The position numbers and the translations under genes are program-made. Below the pieces are notes generated by a model, which saw nothing but the letters and a program-made list of their open reading frames with translations, did no database searches and was not told the DNA's origin. From a virus (taxonomy: Duplodnaviria; Caudoviricetes), in IMG/VR virus record IMGVR_UViG_3300023199_000165, positions 1 through 54,675 of that record: a stretch of DNA of 54,675 nt. The stretch is one strand, 5' to 3'. Shown piece by piece: positions 46,915-54,675 of this stretch; the first letter of the stretch is position 1; every line of letters begins with the position of its first letter.

Positions 46915-47463
46915 CTATTTTAAATAATAATTTTTAATTTCTTCAAAAACATCCTTAACTGAATTTAATTCAGCATAAGCTTTCTTGCTGCCTTGGCTTT
47001 TATAACTTTCGCCAAATACACCTAATAAATCATCGACAAGCTCATTACGAGATTTATCAATATTTGCCATATCAGAGTTTAAAAACTTTTCTAATACGGA
47101 ATTGACCTCACTATTAAGGTCAGTTAAAAACTTAATTCTATTTCTTAAGGACTTAATTTCTTCTTCAACGAGAGAATTATACCTATCAGCATTCTCTACT
47201 TTTGCTCTATAAAACGCGACTAGCTTTTTAAGTCTTTTATTATCATCCTCTAATTTAATAGTTTCATAATCTTTCTGACCAACAATATCGCCTTTTTTAC
47301 CTAAAGAAGAAACGGGAACAACGCCAGTCAGCTTTCTTACCGGAACTTTTTCTTTATTTTCAAGAGCAACAGTTAGCCTTTTTTCAGGGGCTGTTTTCTT
47401 AACCACAGTTTTCTTACCTTTTGCCTTCTTTTTTACAGAAGTTTTTACTTTCTTTTTTGACAT
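46915..47463 (-). CDS. Hypothetical protein with Lys-rich N-terminus and coiled coil
   Basis: 182 aa; AGGAG SD. Confidence 0.7.
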   Translation of the reverse strand: MSKKKVKTSVKKKAKGKKTVVKKTAPEKRLTVALENKEKVPVRKLTGVVPVSSLGKKGDIVGQKDYETIKLEDDNKRLKKLVAFYRAKVENADRYNSLVEEEIKSLRNRIKFLTDLNSEVNSVLEKFLNSDMANIDKSRNELVDDLLGVFGESYKSQGSKKAYAELNSVKDVFEEIKNYYLK

Positions 47464-47471
47464 ATTTTCTC

Positions 47472-48074
47472 CTAATTTTTAATATCAGAATTTGAAGATA
47501 GGTCGTGCTCATAATAAGCTGTTAATAAATCCTCAACTTTATAACCAATTAAAGCCAAATCTTTCTTATTAACTTCTTCAAACTTTTTACAAACTCCAAG
47601 AATTTTAGCTTCATCAAGTTTGCCAGAATCAATCATAGATGCTTTAAAAGCATCCCAACAGCCATCATAATGTTGATCTTTTACTGAAGCTAATTCAGTT
47701 AAAAATACATCATAAGTAATAATATCATTAAACATACTTAAATCTAGCTTGTCAAAATTAAGCTGAGTTTCTAAATAAGATTTAAACTTATCAATTTCAT
47801 CCAAACAAGATTCAAATCTGTTTAAATAGACATTAGTGTCATCACAATCTGATATTACTTCGCTTAGCAAAAATGTCATCTCTTGATCATCAATTCCCTT
47901 AAATTTGGGGGCACTACAGCCTATTCCATATTTATGAGTTATATTCATAACTGAAAATATTAATTTTTGACTTATACTATTAACATCAAATAAAACTTTA
48001 CTTTCCATTCGCGATGGATTGGAATTAAAATATTCTACTTTATGGTTTCCTATTTCCAGAGTTTTATGCTCCAT
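47472..48074 (-). CDS. Hypothetical acidic protein
   Basis: 200 aa; AAGG SD. Confidence 0.7.
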   Translation of the reverse strand: MEHKTLEIGNHKVEYFNSNPSRMESKVLFDVNSISQKLIFSVMNITHKYGIGCSAPKFKGIDDQEMTFLLSEVISDCDDTNVYLNRFESCLDEIDKFKSYLETQLNFDKLDLSMFNDIITYDVFLTELASVKDQHYDGCWDAFKASMIDSGKLDEAKILGVCKKFEEVNKKDLALIGYKVEDLLTAYYEHDLSSNSDIKN

Positions 48075-48105
48075 ATTGTTCCTTAATTAATTGATATTAT
48101 AATAA

Positions 48106-48157
48106 ATAACCCCAGCAAATCTGTGTTGGAAATTAATTGGTGATTTACCGGGGTTAT
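48106..48157 (-). terminator. Long hairpin/terminator after the SSB-like gene
   Basis: ATAACCCCGGTAAATC...GATTTGCTGGGGTTAT with two G-U pairs valid on the minus strand, followed by TTATTAT. Confidence 0.6.
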
Positions 48158-48168
48158 GTTTTATTATA

Positions 48169-48801
48169 TTATAGATCTGTTAAATCATCATCAAATGTAA
48201 AGTCTTCATCAGTTGCTGATGTTTTTACACTTGCCTGCCCAGAAGAAGCTCCTCCGGGAACGGAGAGTCCCAATTGAGTTAGCTTTTCAGCAACTTCCTC
48301 GGGAGTTGGAGGTTGAGTGAATTTTCCTAAATCAACTTTTTCGTTAAATCTCTCAATCATCACTTTTTCCTCTGCTGTTAAATCAGTAGATGGGTATGGA
48401 AAAACGGTATAAAGAGGCTGTGAGCCTTTCGGACCTCTTTTAATATTAATGTCATACTTCTCAATTGGACCCCATTTAGAATTTGTGACCAAATTCTTAA
48501 TACCAACATAAACCTGAGTTGAAATTTCAAGGATTTTTGGTATATCAGACTTTCTATCTAAGACTCCAACATACCATCTTGTTTGAACTTTCTCTCCACG
48601 CTTCATTAAGGGACAATTATGAACTGAACTTTTAACCTTACGAGGTGCTCCGGTTGAGTCTTTCACCCAAGCAACGTGAAATTGAAAGGGCTTTGTGAAA
48701 ACTCTTACATCGTTGTCTCCTTCTACCAAATTCATAAAATCACTCGGAGTTGAAACGTCTCCTTCTTCCCATTCTACTTTACCATATTTTACTTCTGCCA
48801 T
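48169..48801 (-). CDS. Probable single-stranded DNA-binding protein (gp32-like)
   Basis: FMNLVEGDNDVRV..KYDINIKRGPKG..LYTV, acidic tail DEDFTFDDDLTDL, strong SD, replication context. Confidence 0.6.
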   Translation of the reverse strand: MAEVKYGKVEWEEGDVSTPSDFMNLVEGDNDVRVFTKPFQFHVAWVKDSTGAPRKVKSSVHNCPLMKRGEKVQTRWYVGVLDRKSDIPKILEISTQVYVGIKNLVTNSKWGPIEKYDINIKRGPKGSQPLYTVFPYPSTDLTAEEKVMIERFNEKVDLGKFTQPPTPEEVAEKLTQLGLSVPGGASSGQASVKTSATDEDFTFDDDLTDL

Positions 48802-48887
48802 TTGTTCTCCTTTTGCCCTGGTACTCCTTGTACATTAATGGGCACTGTTAATTTTTGGCGTTATGCCTTTCTATATTTCCAACACAT

Positions 48888-49163
48888 TTATTTATTAAAT
48901 GTTAAATTTGAAATTTTCTCAACCTCACCTAGTGGAATCCACTCCTCTTCTAAGAGTACGTTAGAAGGGAGTTTGTCGACATCATAAGTGTAATAGCCTA
49001 TTCCATATACGTAGCCATCCGCTATTTCGAATTTAGGCTTATTTCCATTTTTACTTACTATAATAAATAGCTTATTTTGTTTAACTTTTGTGTCATCAGC
49101 ATATCCTGTCTGCTTAAGACAGACCCGATAGATAGGCTTTATTGTCATTTCATTTACTTCCAA
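48888..49163 (-). CDS. Hypothetical protein
   Basis: 91-aa ORF in operon. Confidence 0.6.
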   Translation of the reverse strand: MEVNEMTIKPIYRVCLKQTGYADDTKVKQNKLFIIVSKNGNKPKFEIADGYVYGIGYYTYDVDKLPSNVLLEEEWIPLGEVEKISNLTFNK

Positions 49164-49684
49164 TCTGTTTCTCCAAATTTCATTGTATTTTCGTGTCCTG
49201 AAGATTCATTAAACCCAGAAGAATATTGATGTTTTGTTTCACTCCTAAGCCTTTCTTTCATCATTTGATGAGTTTTTAAAAAGATTTCATATTTTCCATC
49301 AAACCATCTTCTGGCAGCTTCTGCTTTTAAACACCTGTCAACTGCTTCTAAATAATTAGAATTACATTTTGCTTTATGCTCCGCCAAAGAAACAGCCATT
49401 CTAGGCTCCTCTTCTTTGGCTTTTAAAACTGCTTTAGAAAACTCAGCAACTTTATCTGATTTACATTTTTGCTCTACCCACGTTAAATGAGAAAGAATTT
49501 CACTACACCTGTCGGCAGCTCTTAAAAATACCATAGCAAGATTTTCAGCTACTTGTAAAGGAATACTACTGTCTTTTGGTATTTTACTTGCGATGTTTTT
49601 AAATTCAGTTAAATCTATATTTGAAGGATCAAATTTCTCTAACTCTTCACCCAAAGTAGCAATTTCTTTATCATTATTGTTCAT
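49154..49684 (-). CDS. Helical protein, possible UvsY-like recombination mediator
   Basis: All-helical with AEHKAKCNSNYLEA..KAEA; near SSB and RecA. Weak call. Confidence 0.4.
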   Translation of the reverse strand: MNNNDKEIATLGEELEKFDPSNIDLTEFKNIASKIPKDSSIPLQVAENLAMVFLRAADRCSEILSHLTWVEQKCKSDKVAEFSKAVLKAKEEEPRMAVSLAEHKAKCNSNYLEAVDRCLKAEAARRWFDGKYEIFLKTHQMMKERLRSETKHQYSSGFNESSGHENTMKFGETDWK

Positions 49685-49988
49685 TATTATTTTGCTCCTT
49701 TACCCATTTTTCCATACGCCTAAGTCTCTGATTAATCATTAAATTTTGAAGAAAAAATATTACTGCCCAACTCACCTTTTTTTTTAAAGGTAATTGAACT
49801 TGTGTTAAACAACCATCTCCGTCCACTTCGAAAATATTTTTAAACTGATTTTTACCATCATAATTTCCAACAGTAAACTCGGCTACTAGTTTTTTATAGT
49901 AGTCATATTCTTCTTCTGTCATATCTACTGATTTAAAATCAATAATTCTTTTCATATTATTTCCTGCGAACAAGTCCGCCACCACCAC
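49674..49988 (-). CDS. Hypothetical protein
   Basis: Likely starts at MKRIIDF (about 49955). Confidence 0.6.
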   Translation of the reverse strand: MVVADLFAGNNMKRIIDFKSVDMTEEEYDYYKKLVAEFTVGNYDGKNQFKNIFEVDGDGCLTQVQLPLKKKVSWAVIFFLQNLMINQRLRRMEKWVKEQNNNEQ

Positions 49989-50553
49989 CCAATGCTTGTT
50001 GGTTTTGCGACTTTCTAGCTTTTGTTAATTTTTCTAAAATAGGATTATTTGCTCCTTCAGAAAATAAAGAGTCTTCTGGAAGTGCCTCCTTTGAGGCAAA
50101 CTCATCATCAGGTAAAGCAATACTTTCAACAGTATTATATTTCTTATTTACCGCCTCGACCATCATTTTTTCCCTTTCTTCCTCTGAAATTCCTTCTTTT
50201 TGAAAAGAATCAGCTGAAATTACATCCTGCTTATTTTCTGAGTCCTTAATAAGCTTAGCGGTGGGACTTAATATTTTATTTTGCCTTTTACTTAGTGAAG
50301 GAGAATTGGAAATTTGATAATTAGACTCAATTCCAGAGGCATTTATTCCATATTTAACAACCAACGCCATAGCTAACTTATGAGCGGATTCCTCACGAAT
50401 TGCTATTTCCGAAGCGATAGTTCTCTTTACATCCTCAATTGTCGCCATTGCTTCTTCATCCATAATAGAACCGCCACAGGCAGGACATTGATTTGTCGCT
50501 ATTGCGTGCTTAAACGATGCTAATAACTCTGTTTCACACGTTATACATTTCAT
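49957..50553 (-). CDS. N-terminal Zn-ribbon protein
   Basis: MKCITC..QCPACG; AGGAG SD. Confidence 0.7.
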   Translation of the reverse strand: MKCITCETELLASFKHAIATNQCPACGGSIMDEEAMATIEDVKRTIASEIAIREESAHKLAMALVVKYGINASGIESNYQISNSPSLSKRQNKILSPTAKLIKDSENKQDVISADSFQKEGISEEEREKMMVEAVNKKYNTVESIALPDDEFASKEALPEDSLFSEGANNPILEKLTKARKSQNQQALGGGGGLVRRK

Positions 50554-50589
50554 ATTCTAACTCCTAATATACCGATTTCCTATCATATG

Positions 50590-53500
50590 TCAATAGACTT
50601 TTGTAATTTCTCTAAGCATTATTGATTTAAACCCATTAAATTCACTAACTTGACATTTGGCCTTTATAGGAAATCCTTCTTTTATTTTACTTTTTGCTTT
50701 TTTAAATGTTTCAGGCCAAAACGGTGCTACGGTCATCTCAGAATTTGTTCCATACATATCCTCTACCTGATACTTTATCATAGGCTGACCAATATATTTG
50801 CCCCGTTTAATTTTAAATTCTCTAAGTTTAGTTTTAATTAAAACTTCTACAAAAATATGCTCTCTATCTGGCAAACTTTTCAGTCTTGATAATGGAGTAA
50901 CGTGATAATCATCTGTAAAAAAACCCGGAAATAAATCCTTAAGACTTCCAGACACTAATTCTCCAAGAACTTCTTGCTCATATCTTAACATTTGAGTATC
51001 AGACCATTCCTGATTTTCTTGAAACAAGGATAAATCATCAAAAGTTAATTCACCAGCATAACCATCTCTACTTTTAACATAAGTATTAACTTTTGCTCTA
51101 TTCTTTTTAGAAAAATCGTGAACGTCTTTCCTACATAAATTTAAAGAATTAAAACATCCCGCTTTAGCTAATGCTTCCATTTTTGACTTATTAACAACTC
51201 TTCCATCTGTTTTATAGAAAAACTCTGCTAAAGAAGAGTATGGCTGATTTTCAACTATAGAATTTATAGCTTTTTCTCCTAAGCCTTTTATTGCTTCAAA
51301 ACCCATAACAATTGTACTGCTATCTAGAACTTCATAACCAGCAGAGCTTTGATTAACATCAGGTGGAATAATTTTAATATTAAATCTTTTACATTCTCTT
51401 TTAGCAATATTTACTTTTTCTTCTCTACTGGCAGCATTTTTATTAGTTACAACTTTCAAATATGCTGCCAAGAATGCGACAGGATAATGTCTTTTTAGAT
51501 AAGCAGTATAATATCCCATTATAGAATAAGCAACGGCGTGAGCTTTATTAAAACCATAGCCACTAAACACCTTAATTACCTTATCCCATATCTCTTGAGC
51601 TGTTTCGTGAGGCATATTATGAAATTTCATAGAATCTGCCACGAATTCTGCTTCCGTTTTAAGCATTAAATCACTATTTTTATCTTTATCTTTAGTTATT
51701 TTTCTAAGAGCGTCTGCTTTATTTAAGTCCCAACCAGCTACATATTTGGCAACCTCCATTAACTGGTCCTCCATAATACATAATCCATAAGTAGAACTAA
51801 GTGCTTTTTTCAAACTAGGGTGAATATAAGTTATTTTAGATATTCCGCGACGCCTTTCTATATACACCTGTCTTTCATTTTTATTTGTAATTTTATCTTT
51901 TTCCGCAGAAGATGGTCTTCCAAGGGCATTAATGATTGCTATGTCAAGAATATCTGTTGGTTTAATATACTTACATAGGGCAACCATTGTTCCAGACTGG
52001 CCAAGTTGGAAAACACAATTTGTGTGACCTTTTTGAAGCATTTCATATGTTTCTTCATCATCTAAAGGAATATCTTCCATTTTAGAAATTCCTTTATTAT
52101 GAAGTGTTTTAATATTCTTAAACGTTTCGTCAAGAACATCCAAAGTTGATAGAGCCAAGAAGTCCATTTTAACAAGACCATTCATTTCACTACGTTTTTT
52201 ATCATATTGAACAGCGACAGATCCATTTTTATCAACTCTCAATGGAATAAAATCCACTAATGGAATATCTGAAATTACCATTGCTGCTGCGTGCGTAGCA
52301 TAATCTTTTGGATTTCCAACAATTTTTGAAGCATACTCTATAACTTCTGGCGCCTGTTCAGCAAATTTAGCAAAATCTTTGGAAATTTCTAGAGCCTCTT
52401 CTATTGTTGAAACCCTATCATTGTTATTATTTTTATCTGGAATTGATGCTCTAATTTTATTAGAAACAGTAACATAATTCTCGCCTGGAGCAATTAAATT
52501 AGGTAATACATTTCTCATTGATTTTATTAAATCTGGAATAACATTTTTAGGAGTATATGTATTTATATTTGATATTTGAGCACACTTGTCCTTTCCATAC
52601 TTTTGAATAACATATTCTTTTACCTTGTCTCTTCCAGCAGATGTAAAATCTGTATCAATATCTGGAAGATCTTTTTTCCATTTATTTTGAAATCTTTCAA
52701 AAATAAGATCAAATTTTATAGGATCAACTGAATGAATATCAAGCAAATATGCTACTATACATCCGCCACAGCTCCCTCGGCCTGGGCTTACAAGAATTCC
52801 ATTATTTCTTGCCCAATTAATATAGTCAGCAACAACTAACATATAAGAAGAAAAATTATTGCCTTCCAAAACTTTAAGCTCTTTTAAAACTCTTTTCCAA
52901 ACCTCTTTTCTATCTTCATTATTTAAATGACCATATTTTTTTAAGAAGCCTTTAAGACATTTATATCTCATATAACCTAAAGCCTCTGAATCAGCTTCTT
53001 TAAGCTCTTCTTTCTCTATTCTTTCTGTTTTCCATTTAATAAATTCATCATAGTCTTTTTCTTCTGAAACAGGAAATTCAGGAAGCCTGTTTCCTTTATT
53101 TTCCATATAATCTGGATTTTCACAACTATCGGAAATAATTATAGTGTTTTCGACTGCCTCTTTTGCTATTTCTTCACCATAATATTCGTTAAAAAATGAA
53201 TAAACTTGCCTTCCATCTTTAACATAAAACTCATTAATTCCATACCTATGCCTATTTGGGTCATCAACTGGTTTCTTTGAGTTAATGGCAAGCATAACAT
53301 CGTGATAGTCTGCGGCTCTTTTATCAATATAATGTGTATCTGTGGCAGCCATTAAAGGAATATTATATTTTTTAGAAATTTCTATTAAAGCTTCATTAAG
53401 TTCTTTTTGTTTTATCGGCGGATTATTTTCACTTTCAACATCAATATGATGTGCGTGAATTTCTACATAAAACCTATCTTTGAAAATTTTATTAAGTTTC

Positions 53501-54039
53501 TTTACAACCTCTTCAGCATCTTCATAATTTCCTTGTCTTAAAAACCAATTTACTGGACTATTTGAGCAACCTGTTGTTGCTATAATTCCCTCTGAATACT
53601 TCTCTAAAAGATTCCAATCGGTTCTTGGATATACCTTTCCCATTGTAACTTGGAAATTTTTAAATGACTCAAAATTCATTTTAAGAAGATTTCTATAACC
53701 TTTTTCATTTTTACACAATAAGGTAAGATGTTTTCTTTTTTCATATTTTCTTCTTTTTGTTTTCGATTTTATTGGCTCAAGGGAATGAACAAAATATATT
53801 TCATTTCCAGGAATAAACTTCACACCTGTTCTCTTATAGGCTTGAAAGGCATCGTAAAATCCTGCCAAATAGCCATGATCGGTTAATGCCACTGACTTTT
53901 GTCCAAAACTTTTTACCTTATCAAAAAGTTCATTTATGTCAGATAACCCATCTTTCATAGAACCTAGATTAGAATGACAGTGTAAAGTAGCAAATTCAAT
54001 TTCTTTCTTCAAATTATCTCCCATTTTATGCTTTAACAT
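50590..54039 (-). CDS. dnaE: DNA polymerase III alpha subunit
   Basis: PHP motifs LHCHS, LTDHG, ATDTHY; GRGS, PDIDTDF, HAAA, KMDFL, FNKAHAVAY; C-terminal OB fold. Confidence 0.97.
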   Translation of the reverse strand: MLKHKMGDNLKKEIEFATLHCHSNLGSMKDGLSDINELFDKVKSFGQKSVALTDHGYLAGFYDAFQAYKRTGVKFIPGNEIYFVHSLEPIKSKTKRRKYEKRKHLTLLCKNEKGYRNLLKMNFESFKNFQVTMGKVYPRTDWNLLEKYSEGIIATTGCSNSPVNWFLRQGNYEDAEEVVKKLNKIFKDRFYVEIHAHHIDVESENNPPIKQKELNEALIEISKKYNIPLMAATDTHYIDKRAADYHDVMLAINSKKPVDDPNRHRYGINEFYVKDGRQVYSFFNEYYGEEIAKEAVENTIIISDSCENPDYMENKGNRLPEFPVSEEKDYDEFIKWKTERIEKEELKEADSEALGYMRYKCLKGFLKKYGHLNNEDRKEVWKRVLKELKVLEGNNFSSYMLVVADYINWARNNGILVSPGRGSCGGCIVAYLLDIHSVDPIKFDLIFERFQNKWKKDLPDIDTDFTSAGRDKVKEYVIQKYGKDKCAQISNINTYTPKNVIPDLIKSMRNVLPNLIAPGENYVTVSNKIRASIPDKNNNNDRVSTIEEALEISKDFAKFAEQAPEVIEYASKIVGNPKDYATHAAAMVISDIPLVDFIPLRVDKNGSVAVQYDKKRSEMNGLVKMDFLALSTLDVLDETFKNIKTLHNKGISKMEDIPLDDEETYEMLQKGHTNCVFQLGQSGTMVALCKYIKPTDILDIAIINALGRPSSAEKDKITNKNERQVYIERRRGISKITYIHPSLKKALSSTYGLCIMEDQLMEVAKYVAGWDLNKADALRKITKDKDKNSDLMLKTEAEFVADSMKFHNMPHETAQEIWDKVIKVFSGYGFNKAHAVAYSIMGYYTAYLKRHYPVAFLAAYLKVVTNKNAASREEKVNIAKRECKRFNIKIIPPDVNQSSAGYEVLDSSTIVMGFEAIKGLGEKAINSIVENQPYSSLAEFFYKTDGRVVNKSKMEALAKAGCFNSLNLCRKDVHDFSKKNRAKVNTYVKSRDGYAGELTFDDLSLFQENQEWSDTQMLRYEQEVLGELVSGSLKDLFPGFFTDDYHVTPLSRLKSLPDREHIFVEVLIKTKLREFKIKRGKYIGQPMIKYQVEDMYGTNSEMTVAPFWPETFKKAKSKIKEGFPIKAKCQVSEFNGFKSIMLREITKVY

Positions 54040-54349
54040 ACTCTAAAATAATAGATTCAAACTCATCAAGATATATAATAGCAGATTTTTTCTTAAGTGT
54101 TATTTTAATATCCTTTAAACGATTTATTGCTGTAATTGAAAAATCATTATTTTCTACTTTTAATAGAGAGGTTTTATTAAAATCAAATGCCGGCTTTCCC
54201 AATTTATGAATTAGTGGTACTATCTCTTTACTTATTTTTTTTGGTAATTTATAAGCAATTGTTATACTTCCACAATTACAAGAATTAGCAAATTTTCTAG
54301 TAATTTTATTTTTATCTAGTTCCGGATTATCCTTAAGAGATATTTTCAT
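54026..54349 (-). CDS. Hypothetical basic protein
   Basis: 107 aa with SCNCG motif. Confidence 0.6.
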   Translation of the reverse strand: MKISLKDNPELDKNKITRKFANSCNCGSITIAYKLPKKISKEIVPLIHKLGKPAFDFNKTSLLKVENNDFSITAINRLKDIKITLKKKSAIIYLDEFESIILEYVKA

Positions 54350-54675
54350 TAATTTGATGCTGCCATAACTAACTCTACTGGAGTTCCTCCTGCTGAGTGT
54401 GCTGCTACGGAAGATAAAATTGTAGCATTCATATCTGTTTCTTCTTCATCTAAATTATTATCATCACTTCTAATAAGTTCTACAGTTAAAAAATCTTGTT
54501 TTACTACGAACTTCTCAACGAAAAAGTCAAAAGTTTTTAAATTTAAATTTAGATTTTTACGACAAGTCGCCGATAATGAGCTGAGCGGGTGTTTTATTGT
54601 TTGTGGTACTGATCAGTTGCAAAGTTGGACCCTGCCCATTTCTCAATGCTTTTGCAAAAACCATCCTTACAGCGT

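Noticed and set aside
163-50841. The many short plus-strand ORFs in the track
   Set aside because: They are antisense shadows of long minus-strand genes (Ser/Phe/Leu-rich) with no recognisable motifs.
50590-54039. Intein or intron in dnaE
   Set aside because: Length is normal and the motifs are contiguous, with no C...HN splice junctions.
1-54675. Alternative genetic code (stop-codon reassignment as in some jumbo phages)
   Set aside because: Long conserved genes are intact in the standard code, and TAA, TAG and TGA all end genes with tight packing.
54349-54675. tRNA or tmRNA at the right edge (ACCA, ..LVMAA..)
   Set aside because: No cloverleaf or T-arm consensus could be built; the sequence reads as protein-coding.
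1-54675. Cellular (bacterial or archaeal) chromosome because of dnaE, recA and dnaJ
   Set aside because: Terminase, portal, prohead protease, many homing endonucleases, single-strand gene packing and the absence of housekeeping operons indicate a large phage.

Overview
An AT-rich fragment of a large (jumbo-type) tailed dsDNA phage genome. Essentially all real genes lie on the minus strand with tight stop/start overlaps and GGAG(G) Shine-Dalgarno sites, and all three stop codons are used, so there is no sign of recoding. Right part (about 38.9-54.7 kb): replication, recombination and accessory genes, namely DNA Pol III alpha, a probable SSB, RuvC-like resolvase, DnaJ, RecA, a Zn-finger-less primase, a sigma-r4-like HTH protein, a UDP-sugar dehydrogenase and zinc-ribbon endonucleases. 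Left part (1-38.6 kb): a head-morphogenesis module with terminase large subunit, an intein-containing portal, and a prohead protease-scaffold fusion missed by the ORF track (3154 to beyond base 1, with a nested in-frame scaffold start at 1834). The main signal is in this module. Two giant ORFs (1581 and 1897 aa) are strings of unrelated domains (topoisomerase IB, 2H phosphoesterase, HExxH zincin, PG-binding; GH73 hydrolase, ASCH, DJ-1-like), with domain junctions marked by a repeated L-S-K-R-A peptide written with different codons. Eight other proteins share a short 'AD-x-LD-xx-G-xxxx-A-xx-ID' helical tag, and K-x-A motifs recur through head proteins. I infer a protease-processed, tag-directed system that loads enzyme cargo into the capsid. 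This interpretation is a hypothesis from sequence patterns read by eye; no database searches were run.
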